DNA of 57,555 nucleotides from Phycisphaeraceae bacterium (GTDB taxonomy: Bacteria > Planctomycetota > Phycisphaerae > Phycisphaerales > Zrk34): contig JBBDRF010000009.1 in the NCBI GenBank assembly GCA_040905565.1, forward strand, positions 1-57,555. Direction: 5' to 3'. The position numbers and the translations under genes were made by a program. Within the stretch, counting starts at the first letter, position 1; every line of letters begins with the position of its first letter. Below are positions 1 through 9,030 of the stretch, one piece after another. The notes beneath the pieces were generated by a model. That model saw only the letters and a program-made list of their open reading frames with translations, made no database searches and was not told where the DNA came from.

Positions 1-55
1 CCAGGTGGGTACCAATTCGGCGCCGAGGTGGGTCCCGTTTACATGCCGATCACCA
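1..55. mobile_element. Terminus of a probable IS21-family insertion sequence (rest lies left of the window)
   Basis: Two tandem 23-bp imperfect repeats (4-26 GGTGGGTACCAATTCGGCGCCGA; 27-49 GGTGGGTCCCGTTTACATGCCGA) followed by a terminal CA at 54-55. This matches the subterminal-repeat architecture of IS21 ends, and Vsr similarity starts immediately after it. Confidence 0.65.
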
Positions 56-346
56 CAAGATCTCCCGGGAACGCCTGACATCGTGCTGCCAAAGCATCAA
101 ACAGTCATTCTCGTCCACGGCTGTTTCTGGCACAGGCATCCCAGCTGCCGTTACGCCTACACGCCAAAGTCACGGGTTGAATTCTGGAAGAAGAAGTTCG
201 CCGCCAATATCGAACGTGACGCTAAGACCCGTCGTGCCTTGGAGCGGTCAGGATGGCAAGTGCTGGTCGTATGGGAATGTGAACTTCGAGACTTGGACCA
301 TCTCAAGAAACGTTTAGTCGATGAGATCGGTACTTCGACGACGTAG
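56..346 (+). pseudogene. vsr: Very-short-patch-repair endonuclease, 5'-truncated
   Basis: DLPGTPDIVLPK..VHGCFWHRH..C..PKSRVEFWKKKF..NIERD..GWQVLVVWECE are Vsr motifs. The usual N-terminal segment is absent and replaced by the IS-like end. Confidence 0.85.
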
Positions 347-363
347 CGGTTCTCAGGTTGCTT

Positions 364-2439
364 CTACCACGTCCTCTCGACGAACAGGCGATCGTCCGAG
401 GCCAAATCGATCATCTTAACGGCTTGCTTGGCCTGCTTGGCGGATGGCACCTTCTGCCATCCATTAGTCGCATACCCACTCAACGTGAGGGCAATCCCGG
501 CCATCGAGAAGTGAAGCTCCTTTTCGGTTGCCCATTTGTGAACCACTAGCCACTCTGCACCGTTCAGCTGCATTGCCTTTGCGATGTTCTCCCGATCGAC
601 ATGACTGAGTCCAACTCCTTGCTTTCCCTTCGCGCTTCCGACAGTAGGTAGGGGCTGACCTTCGGCCAGTTCCTGTTGCAGGGCATCCGGAATCTCCACC
701 TCCGCAACCTGAACACTCCGCCAGCACTCCTCCTTCTTGCACCACTCAGTAACGTTGCGTTCTCCAGCCGAATTCACAATGCAGTCGAGAACCAGCGGCA
801 TCCAATTGTACATTGTGTCAGCCATAGCTTCGGATGCTTGTTGCTCCGCCCAAATGGACGCGAGGTCAGCACGTCCCACGGTCCTGTACGAAAGAAGAGC
901 GACTGTGTATGCCACCGCATTGGCTTGGAACCCTGGGAACTTGTGCTGACGGGCGATCCTCTCCGCCCGCTTGTAGATGATCGCTTTCGCAATCAAGTCA
1001 CGAAAATAGGCCTCATCCGGCAGCCATTCGTCACCTCGCTCCTTCAGCATACTCATGAAGTGGACGAAATTCTTTTGGTTCCCTCGGCTGACTAAGTATG
1101 GCAGTTGATCCCACGCATTGACATATTTGGCCAATCCGGTCTTGTCGAACTTCTGCGCGGTCGGCACCATTGAATCGAACTCCCTCCGACGCGCAGGGGT
1201 CGTTCCCTTTCGAGCACGCGCCACCTGGTACTGACCTCGCGCCCGCTCGTAGAACCACCGCGACGATTCGCCCGGACACCAGATACGCTCGGACAACCTC
1301 TCGATCTGGACATGAAAGGGGTCGTTCGACGAGAAGTCTGCTTCGCTGACGCGGTTCTGCGTGTTGGCATATCTGGAGATATGGGGAACGATGTCATCGA
1401 TCCGATCCGTAGGGACTACAGTGACTTTTGCCTGAACAAATACATCTGACAGGTCGGCTTGGTCAATCTTCCGGGCACGATGAATGGACGCCATGGTCTG
1501 GCCACCGTTGACGACTTGGAACCCTTCCACCGCAGTGATCTGGAGTCCACCATCGGAGGTTCTTCCAATCGCTACAGACTCTGCAGTGGCCGATATGCCG
1601 TTGTTGTATGCCAAGAAACGATGAGGCTCTGCGCGGATCGTATCCCGGATCCCGCGATTGACTTTTCCACGCGCTTGAAGAAAGGATCGCACGTTGAGTT
1701 CCAACAGCTTCGCCCCGTACAGATCGTAGAGCTCAAACAAGAGGCCGCCGGGGATAATTGCCATATAGGCGTCGTAGTCAGCTGATGACTCGGGCATCTT
1801 CAGGCACTCGATCGGGCCGGTTGCCGTGCGGGACAAATCAATTGATATCGCTTCATACGACCTGCCGGAGGCCGCACACCTAAATAGCCGCTCCATGTCC
1901 CATACTTGGCTGGTGATGCGGATTCCTAGGTCAGGAAGCCCAGCGTCCTCGATCGCCGATGCCGCCAGTCCGTTCGTCAGGACGACAATATCGCAGTCAA
2001 CGGCAGATTCCGACGCCTCTTCCAGTCGCTGCATCATGGAGTACGATTCGAGTGCGGGCTCCATGGAGGTTCGAATCCCCGCACGGGCAGCCTCGAATAC
2101 ACGCAGAGCACGGCGCAGTGCGACTACGATATCCTTGCGGTGAACCGTCGAGAGGGCTTCGTTCCGATACAGCGTGGCCACAATTGTTATTTTCGAAGAA
2201 TCTTCTGCGACGCAGTATGCATTGGCCTTGCAGTGGCCTCGACCATGCTGGTGCTCGAAGAAGCACAAGTCAATATCGTCAATCGCGCCGTATTCAACAA
2301 GGTACCCACAGACATGCTCGGTGAACAACTGCTCCCGAAATGCGCCTAAGCCTGTGGTATCGTTCTCTTCAAGGCGAGAAGTGATATGGGTTTCGACGGA
2401 GGCAGCAAAGTCCACCAAATCTTGACGCACATCAGTCAT
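364..2439 (-). CDS. AIPR-family protein (MzaE-like)
   Basis: LLELNVRSFLQ..VNRGI..F..YNNGIS..QVVNGGQT..SRYANTQN are AIPR motifs. ATG at 2439 overlaps the upstream stop (ATGACTGA). Confidence 0.9.
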   Translation of the reverse strand: MTDVRQDLVDFAASVETHITSRLEENDTTGLGAFREQLFTEHVCGYLVEYGAIDDIDLCFFEHQHGRGHCKANAYCVAEDSSKITIVATLYRNEALSTVHRKDIVVALRRALRVFEAARAGIRTSMEPALESYSMMQRLEEASESAVDCDIVVLTNGLAASAIEDAGLPDLGIRITSQVWDMERLFRCAASGRSYEAISIDLSRTATGPIECLKMPESSADYDAYMAIIPGGLLFELYDLYGAKLLELNVRSFLQARGKVNRGIRDTIRAEPHRFLAYNNGISATAESVAIGRTSDGGLQITAVEGFQVVNGGQTMASIHRARKIDQADLSDVFVQAKVTVVPTDRIDDIVPHISRYANTQNRVSEADFSSNDPFHVQIERLSERIWCPGESSRWFYERARGQYQVARARKGTTPARRREFDSMVPTAQKFDKTGLAKYVNAWDQLPYLVSRGNQKNFVHFMSMLKERGDEWLPDEAYFRDLIAKAIIYKRAERIARQHKFPGFQANAVAYTVALLSYRTVGRADLASIWAEQQASEAMADTMYNWMPLVLDCIVNSAGERNVTEWCKKEECWRSVQVAEVEIPDALQQELAEGQPLPTVGSAKGKQGVGLSHVDRENIAKAMQLNGAEWLVVHKWATEKELHFSMAGIALTLSGYATNGWQKVPSAKQAKQAVKMIDLASDDRLFVERTW

Positions 2440-3433
2440 CGGAGCACCCCTCTTCAAACGGGTCAGACGCAACTGCGAAGTCTTGGCAGGCTCCCAAGGA
2501 CAGCACGTACTTCACGTCTCCCACTCCCGGCGGCAGGTCGCTTGGAAGCAGGCGCGGAAATCCATCAGCTATGAGATAGGTGGTCTCTGAAAGAACAGCG
2601 ATGCCCATACGGCGGTAATGATCGTCCTCAGAGTCGAGGTAGCCGGCATCGAAGAGCTTTCCCTCGAACTGCTGCCGAGCAGTCGAAGATGCCCCCAATT
2701 TCTGCCTTAACCTCAGGATCAGATCGGGCAGAGCGGTTCCAGCGCCTTGGTGTATCGACACTGAAATGTAACGCAAATAAAGGGCATCCAAGCCAGTGTC
2801 GACCAGCTGCAATACGTTGGCAATATGAACTCTACCTTCGGGGTTCGCCGAGCTTGTCTTGACCTCGACGGCTTTGCCTGAGAACTCAAAGTCGTGATTC
2901 GCTCCATCAGGGCCTCGCCACGCATGAACCGCGCTGTCGATTCCCAGCGTCGGGATCAGGTGTGACCGAAGAAACCAGATTTCGCCCCAGAGACCGATCT
3001 GCTCAAAACGCGAGAGGCGAGCATCCCGCCGACGGCTGAGAAAGAGCTGCCAACGCCGAAGTCTGGCTACAAAAATGTTGATCAAGCGTCCTTCACTCTC
3101 TGCGGTTCTGATCTCGTTGCGAACATCTTCCGCCAGCCTTTCGAAGACCTCATGGTATTGTTCCGACTCCGCCTGAAGAAGAACAAGGCGCATATCAGAA
3201 TCGTTCGGCAGTGGATCGATCGAGACCGTGAAGCCGGATGACTGTGGCAGGTCGACGTCGGCAGGTACCGAAGAAGCTTCCACGACCGCAGCCAAGGCTG
3301 GTTGACCGGATGGCACAGTCCAACCGGCGTATACGCGGTACTGCAATGGCTCGACTCTGATCCTGCGCAATCCGCTGGATTCATCGGAGGATGCAGCAAG
3401 CTGATTCCATGCGTCGGCGAGCATGTCACTCAT
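2432..3433 (-). CDS. PD-(D/E)XK / DUF4420-like protein (MzaD-like)
   Basis: GLWGE..W.GP....HDF......EVKT motif; position between Z1 and AIPR; coupled by ATGAGTGA overlap. Confidence 0.85.
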   Translation of the reverse strand: MSDMLADAWNQLAASSDESSGLRRIRVEPLQYRVYAGWTVPSGQPALAAVVEASSVPADVDLPQSSGFTVSIDPLPNDSDMRLVLLQAESEQYHEVFERLAEDVRNEIRTAESEGRLINIFVARLRRWQLFLSRRRDARLSRFEQIGLWGEIWFLRSHLIPTLGIDSAVHAWRGPDGANHDFEFSGKAVEVKTSSANPEGRVHIANVLQLVDTGLDALYLRYISVSIHQGAGTALPDLILRLRQKLGASSTARQQFEGKLFDAGYLDSEDDHYRRMGIAVLSETTYLIADGFPRLLPSDLPPGVGDVKYVLSLGACQDFAVASDPFEEGCSDD

Positions 3434-6251
3434 CCCAGAATCCCTCATCTTCCTGACGGCGATAGACTTCGTTCACCGTATATTGCACGCCCTGCGCCCC
3501 GGGATCGCCAGGAAAGCTAATAAAGAACCCGATCAGCGGGTGCTCCAAGGCAGGGCGCGCACCGCCAAGGTTCCCATCGACGGGATAGATGCAGATGAGT
3601 CCGTCGCTCGGCTCGCGTACATGGCGGATTGCCGGCCCTCTCGGAGCCGTGGGCCGCGAGATTCCGCGTTCCTCCCCTCCGCCTGCCTCCCACATGGCCA
3701 CCGACAGCTCCAAGGCTTCGTCGTACTGGTCCTCAGTCAGGTCAAGGTACTCATGCGAAGGATCGCCAACCCTCCTCACGCGGTAAGGGTCTTGGTTCGT
3801 CACCGGATCTGGACGCTTATACCATGTGCGCTGCACGCTCTTGGCCGTGATCACATCGCTGAGCTCATAGTCGCCGCCCAGCCCTTTATCGATGTATACC
3901 GTCCAGTTGATCAAACACTCACGAAGCGCCTGTTGGTCGATGTATTTTCGTAAGTACTCCGGCCGTGCCTTTGTAATTGCCGGGTGTCCGCGGTAGACCT
4001 TTAGAAAGGACGTGACCCGCGAGTGGCCGATGCTCTTCCAGAGCAGCGCGTCGTCGACCTTCGCGGCCTTGCCAGCCTCACGATCCGCTTCCATCCCGGC
4101 CACAAGGGCCTTCAAGGCACCGAAGTTTGCCTCAACCACGTCCGGATCGCGTCGAAAAAGGATCGTCTCTGAAATGCAGCCGTCAAAGGACGTCGTTCGT
4201 TTCTCCGTGTATCTCATCTTGTTCGGCGAGGTAACCATCATCTGGGGATGATTTTGAACTCTATGTCCGAACTGTCGCGGCGTGCATCCGCTGACCACCA
4301 TTTGCTGGAAGTCTTCACGGAGTTCCTCGGCGGCAAGAGATATATGACGGAACCACACCAGCAGGTCCGCTGTCGTGTACACACGGCACATGTCAACGTA
4401 GCCCGGACGATACCCAAACCACCGCCCCATCTGCATGAGCGTGTCATACATCTTCGAGTGTCGCAGAAAATAGCTCACAGTCAGACCCTCAAGCGTCAAA
4501 CCTCGCGATAGTTTGTCGCCGCCGATCGCGATCACATCGAACGGCTGATTGGCTCTGGCATGTCGCTCGTATTCGAGAATGTCGCCGCTGGACCCGTTGA
4601 TGGCCTTGACCGTAACGGAGTTTACCGTATCGGCCAATTTTGCCCTTACATCTTCCCAAGTTACTTCACGGCAGTCCTCTGCAACGATGGCTTTGCTGGT
4701 TGGAACAAAGTCAGAAAGCCACAAGTCCCTCAGCTCATCCAGAAGCGGAGCGCGATCCCCGTCTCCGTACAGGATGCGGTCTCGCAGGGAGAAGAACTCC
4801 TCTTCCACCTGCTCGTGGACTCGAGTCTGTACGTCAACGAACCGTGTCACATGAATAAGCATTGAGTTGTGCGATTGCATCTGCCCATGTGCCTTCCTAG
4901 CCGCTGTGGCCAGCAAGAATGACCGAAGGGCCCGTTTCAGTGAGGGGGGAAGTGTTCGCAGTCCGTCGTACATTGGCACATGCGTTTTGTCGTGCCTTGG
5001 AGGCATCCATCCCTCTCGCTCGCGAAGCGAGCTGGAAGCTGCGTGATCGCTGATCGTTCGAAAGATGGGTAGTCCTTCGGATCCGTTCACTCTGTTGCCG
5101 AACATCTGCGTTGGCCCAACATAGTTGTTCGGAACGGGAAGGGAGAAAATGAATGAGCGTGGAAAGAGGTCTTCGCCGTATTCGCCGGAAGCCGCCTTCT
5201 CGTGAATAAAGATGTTAGCGAAGGGAGTTGCCGTGTACCCGATGTATACGCTCTGTTCGAAAGAGCGAAGGATCAGGCGTATCCATCGGTTGATCGCCGT
5301 CGGATCGTGCTCGGGATCAGGCGTATTGTCGAAATCGTACTCCTGCTTGTTTGTATCGACCGAGGCATAATCCGACTCATCGTCGATCACCAGAAGGGGA
5401 ACAGCACGGATCAGCTTCTGGCCCTGCGCCCGGGCAACGTCACTTACCCAGTTATGCAAATTTTTAAGAACCGTGGTGTTTTTCTTGACGACGAACAGAA
5501 GTGGATTCCCGCCTGGATTAATTGCAAAATTCTTTGCGACGCTGGTCTTGAAGTCTCCGTTGTCGCCACGGGTCGTAATCGTGTCAGGGATCATGTGTGG
5601 GGGACTGATCAGGCCGACACCGGTGACCTCCCGTCGCTCCAAGTCCTCATCGATGGTGCTGTATCCGAGAAAACCCTCTTCCAGACGGATCTGCGTCTGC
5701 GTACGAAGGTTGTTGTGTGCTCCGGCGAGCACCACAATGACCTTGTATCCCGCGTCAATGGCCTTGCATATGAGTCCCGTGTAGTTCGCAGTCTTGCCGG
5801 ACTGGACATGCCCGACGACAAGACCCCGCTGATCCCATGCCCCGGGAGTGGCGGGCGGCATCATGCTGTCCAGTATCTCTGTCGTTGTCTGGTCCAGTCT
5901 TGAAACGACCGGCGCGGGCCAACCGTCGCCCAGAAGATACTGACGGTATCGAGCCCAGAAGCGCCACTGTAGGTTGCCGTCCGAAAGTGCGAGTCGCACC
6001 CACGGCGCATCAGGGAGATCGTTGGCGTCGTCAGACTGGAGGCACGATGCCAATCCGATCAGAGTAGCGAAGTTCAACTCCAGCTGGGCCAAGATGTAGT
6101 CGCGGTCGACGTCGTAGTCTTCGGTACTGAGCTCGCGATCCAATTCGGCTTCGATGCAACCCTCCGGCAGGATTCCATCCATCCTGTCCTTGCGCCTCAT
6201 GAGGCGCTGGGAGACAATCGAAATGACGTGGGCGGCATCTTCTGCATGCAT
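3426..6251 (-). CDS. Z1-domain helicase/endonuclease-like protein (MzaC-like)
   Basis: GLVVGHVQSGKT, VIDDESD, YTATPFAN, GG.KLSRGLTLEGLTVSYF, YDTLMQMGRWFGYR. Confidence 0.92.
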   Translation of the reverse strand: MHAEDAAHVISIVSQRLMRRKDRMDGILPEGCIEAELDRELSTEDYDVDRDYILAQLELNFATLIGLASCLQSDDANDLPDAPWVRLALSDGNLQWRFWARYRQYLLGDGWPAPVVSRLDQTTTEILDSMMPPATPGAWDQRGLVVGHVQSGKTANYTGLICKAIDAGYKVIVVLAGAHNNLRTQTQIRLEEGFLGYSTIDEDLERREVTGVGLISPPHMIPDTITTRGDNGDFKTSVAKNFAINPGGNPLLFVVKKNTTVLKNLHNWVSDVARAQGQKLIRAVPLLVIDDESDYASVDTNKQEYDFDNTPDPEHDPTAINRWIRLILRSFEQSVYIGYTATPFANIFIHEKAASGEYGEDLFPRSFIFSLPVPNNYVGPTQMFGNRVNGSEGLPIFRTISDHAASSSLREREGWMPPRHDKTHVPMYDGLRTLPPSLKRALRSFLLATAARKAHGQMQSHNSMLIHVTRFVDVQTRVHEQVEEEFFSLRDRILYGDGDRAPLLDELRDLWLSDFVPTSKAIVAEDCREVTWEDVRAKLADTVNSVTVKAINGSSGDILEYERHARANQPFDVIAIGGDKLSRGLTLEGLTVSYFLRHSKMYDTLMQMGRWFGYRPGYVDMCRVYTTADLLVWFRHISLAAEELREDFQQMVVSGCTPRQFGHRVQNHPQMMVTSPNKMRYTEKRTTSFDGCISETILFRRDPDVVEANFGALKALVAGMEADREAGKAAKVDDALLWKSIGHSRVTSFLKVYRGHPAITKARPEYLRKYIDQQALRECLINWTVYIDKGLGGDYELSDVITAKSVQRTWYKRPDPVTNQDPYRVRRVGDPSHEYLDLTEDQYDEALELSVAMWEAGGGEERGISRPTAPRGPAIRHVREPSDGLICIYPVDGNLGGARPALEHPLIGFFISFPGDPGAQGVQYTVNEVYRRQEDEGFWDE

Positions 6252-6256
6252 TTCAG

Positions 6257-7834
6257 TCAGTCCTCGATTTCGTTTAGGAGTTCCCCGTACTCACGAAACT
6301 CTTCCCGTTGTCGCAATTGGTCCAGAGCTTCCTGGGAGGTGCTTCCGCCTGCCCGACAGGCCTCGTAGGTGTGCTGCATGAGCCGCTTGACATCTGACTT
6401 CGTCCGGTCCTCGAATGGAAGTAGGTGAGTATCCGGCTTCTCAGCAGCATCAAGCCAGATTCGTTGAACAGGCACTGTCTCCTCAATCACCTGCAGCGCC
6501 GCTTCGGCCAACGACACTTTATCACCGGCCAAGCGCAGCATCTCAGACACAAGCGGGTGATTACGGTCAATGCGATACTTTGGCCGGCCCCCTGACGTGG
6601 TGGCGAGCCAAGGCCTGACCAAGTCAGGTCGCGCCGACCGAGGACCGTACTGTCCTCTATGGGCGAATACTTCACGCGCGAGCTGCCTGACGTCCTTGGC
6701 CAGAGAAAGCAGGCGACCACGAACGGCTGCCGGCGGTACAGCGACCGACTTCTTGACATCGATCTGCCATTCTTGGTCCATCGTGTTGGGGAGGTCGAGT
6801 TGGATGCGCGCTAGCTTGTAGTGTTCTTCTTTTGTCCACGGCTTGCCTTGGCCAAGCCCGAGCCAGTCACCCGCCACGAGCAGGCGCTCATTGCGATAGA
6901 CATAAAATCCCTGCTGGGCATTCCATCCTGCGGGGCCAGAGGCGTCACGGTGCAAATCATGTCCAAGCCTGTCCTTGTGAGGAAGCACAAAACCCTTGAC
7001 CGATATCATCCGATGTGCCCCCACCGCGATAGGTTCTGCTGGCGTAGCTTGGGTGGAGGGATGGTCTTGCAGAAAGGGGTTCCAAGGCTGTATCCGGTTC
7101 TCTTGATCCCTGCCGTTGATAAAAATGCGGATTCGGGACCGAGGGGATTGCAGGTATCGGTGGAAGACCATGCCGAGATACGCCCGTACCGCTTGGACAT
7201 GCCGATGGAAAGCCCTCTGGTCGGTCTCACTGCTGACGCTTGATTCACCTGTCACGCGATCCATTTGCTCCCACAGCACGACGGTGCCATCAGACGGTGC
7301 TGGAGACTGCAATCTGCCGTCTGAGTCCGCCGCTGCTTGCCGCAGCAACCGCCAACCATCCTGTTCGACATTGGATTGTGATGCAATATAGTCGAGATCC
7401 CATCTGCGGACAGAGGCTGAGCCACCATGAACCGAGCGGACGGTCATACGTCGGCACTGCGAGAAAGACGCAGTCTTCATTCCCAAACCGAAACGACCCA
7501 AGTCCCATGCTGATCGTTCGGCGAGCGGGCTCTTGCTTCCGAGCCGCATCGCCGCGACCAGTTCCGCCTCACTCATTCCCGAGCCGTCGTCGGCAACTGC
7601 TATCCAAGAGTCTTGGCCGCCCCAGTGAAAGGTCAGCCAGACATTGCTGGCTCCCGCAGAGATACTGTTATCGATCAGGTCCGCGATGGCCACTGGGAGA
7701 GAGTAGCCATATGCGCGCATGGACTCAATCATCGCCGAAGCCGATGGCGGCACGACGTCATAAGGCACGCTTTGGCAGCTCTCCGTCAAGACATTTATCC
7801 TTTCATTTGGGCACGTATTTGACCCGCGGGGCAT
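6257..7834 (-). CDS. GHKL/MORC-family ATPase (MzaB-like); start codon uncertain
   Basis: GYSL..AIADLIDNSI, DDG.GM, DLGRFGLGMKTASFSQ, QGFYVYRNERL, W.IDVKKS. The predicted promoter places the start at or downstream of 7834. Confidence 0.9.
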   Translation of the reverse strand: MPRGSNTCPNERINVLTESCQSVPYDVVPPSASAMIESMRAYGYSLPVAIADLIDNSISAGASNVWLTFHWGGQDSWIAVADDGSGMSEAELVAAMRLGSKSPLAERSAWDLGRFGLGMKTASFSQCRRMTVRSVHGGSASVRRWDLDYIASQSNVEQDGWRLLRQAAADSDGRLQSPAPSDGTVVLWEQMDRVTGESSVSSETDQRAFHRHVQAVRAYLGMVFHRYLQSPRSRIRIFINGRDQENRIQPWNPFLQDHPSTQATPAEPIAVGAHRMISVKGFVLPHKDRLGHDLHRDASGPAGWNAQQGFYVYRNERLLVAGDWLGLGQGKPWTKEEHYKLARIQLDLPNTMDQEWQIDVKKSVAVPPAAVRGRLLSLAKDVRQLAREVFAHRGQYGPRSARPDLVRPWLATTSGGRPKYRIDRNHPLVSEMLRLAGDKVSLAEAALQVIEETVPVQRIWLDAAEKPDTHLLPFEDRTKSDVKRLMQHTYEACRAGGSTSQEALDQLRQREEFREYGELLNEIED

Positions 7835-7847
7835 GTCCATGTAAGCT
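7819..7847 (+). promoter_or_regulatory. Sigma70-type promoter for the HTH/peptidase pair
   Basis: TTGACC(7819-7824)-N17-TAAGCT(7842-7847). Confidence 0.55.
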
Positions 7848-7871
7848 AAAACGTAAACAGGCTGCTGTCAA
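7843..7871 (-). promoter_or_regulatory. Sigma70-type promoter for the Mza-like operon
   Basis: Minus strand TTGACA(7871-7866)-N17-TAGCTT(7848-7843); its -10 overlaps the -10 of the plus-strand promoter. Confidence 0.6.
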
Positions 7872-7888
7872 CAAGCAGGTGTGATTTC

Positions 7889-8254
7889 ATGCCAGAATAC
7901 CGGCCAAAATTTGGTGAGCTTCTACGAGCGACTCGCGTCGCCAAAGGGTACACGCTGCGCAAGTTCGCGGCGTTGGTCGACATCAGCCCCACTTACCTGT
8001 CGCAGGTCGAGCAAGGCAAGGTGGAACGACCACCGACGGCGGAACGGGTTCGCGTGATGGCGGAGTTGCTCGGCGAAAGCCCCGACCAATGGATCGCCTT
8101 GGCGGGCCGGATGCCGAGCGATTTAGCAGAAATCATCAAAAATGAGCCTGAAGCGATGCCGGCCCTTCTGCGTGCGGCCAAGGGAATGACCGCTGACGAG
8201 CTCAGAAAGCTAACGGCGAAACTGCAACGGAAAGGCGACGGAGGGAAGAAGTGA
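7889..8254 (+). CDS. XRE-family HTH repressor (ImmR/CapH-like)
   Basis: FG..LR..R..KG.TLRKFA..V.ISPTYLSQVEQG HTH_3 pattern. Confidence 0.9.
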   Translation: MPEYRPKFGELLRATRVAKGYTLRKFAALVDISPTYLSQVEQGKVERPPTAERVRVMAELLGESPDQWIALAGRMPSDLAEIIKNEPEAMPALLRAAKGMTADELRKLTAKLQRKGDGGKK

Positions 8255-8955
8255 TGCGGCGTTGGCCTGCGATTCAACGACACAAGGTGCCCTTTCTCCA
8301 CCAGAAGTCGATCGAGGGGCACGCCCAGTTACTGCTCGATGAATGGGCAGAAGCACACCCGCCAATCACCGAGCCTCCGGTGCCGATCGAGGACATGCTG
8401 GAGCTTCATCTGGGGTTGGAATTCATGCTTGCCGACCTGCAGGGGGAATACGGGAGCCCTGATGTGCTGGGGGCTATCTGGTTTGGTGACCGGATGGTCA
8501 AGGTAGACCAGTCGCTTGAGCCCACGAACGCTCCGAAGATGCTCGGGCGGTACCGCTTCACAATCGCGCACGAGGTCGGTCATTGGCGGCTGCATCGCCA
8601 ACACCTGATGGAAGATCCGTCGGCGGAATTCTTGTTCCAAGAGAAATGCGAACCTGCTTTCGTGTGCCGGTCGAACGCCAACCCTCCCGAGGAGATTCAA
8701 GCAAACGCATTCGCCGCGTGCGTGCTCATGCCCCGCCGCCTCATGTTTGACGCGTGGGCGCAATGGCGAGGGTCGGAAGATCCTGTCGCGATTTCTGAGC
8801 TGTCGATGAACGACCACCAGATCAGCGAAGAGGCCGCTATGGACAAGTTCTGCAGGCCGCTGGCGGAGCAGTTCGAAGTCTCGGCGCAGGCCATGCGGTA
8901 TCGGCTTCAAAAGCTGGAACTGCTGGTCAAGAAGATAGAGCCACGACTGTTCTGA
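8251..8955 (+). CDS. ImmA/IrrE-family Zn metallopeptidase
   Basis: RFTIAHEVGHW.LH (HExxH) and E.QAN.FAA..LMP; overlaps the HTH gene stop. Confidence 0.92.
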   Translation: MMRRWPAIQRHKVPFLHQKSIEGHAQLLLDEWAEAHPPITEPPVPIEDMLELHLGLEFMLADLQGEYGSPDVLGAIWFGDRMVKVDQSLEPTNAPKMLGRYRFTIAHEVGHWRLHRQHLMEDPSAEFLFQEKCEPAFVCRSNANPPEEIQANAFAACVLMPRRLMFDAWAQWRGSEDPVAISELSMNDHQISEEAAMDKFCRPLAEQFEVSAQAMRYRLQKLELLVKKIEPRLF

Positions 8956-8979
8956 GGACGAGGATCGTCCTCTTTTTTT
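8954..8979 (+). terminator. Intrinsic terminator
   Basis: GAGGACG-aggat-CGTCCTC followed by T7, directly after the peptidase stop. Confidence 0.8.
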
Positions 8980-8986
8980 ATTCCCA

Positions 8987-9009
8987 CTGTTTACCGTTCA
9001 GCGAACGGT
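8987..9009. promoter_or_regulatory. Candidate operator upstream of the early operon
   Basis: Dyad ACCGTTC-agc-GAACGGT overlapping CTGTTTAC. The same 8-mer occurs inverted at 7853-7860 in the divergent promoter. Confidence 0.45.
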
Positions 9010-9030
9010 GCGTAAGAAAGGAGGCTCATC

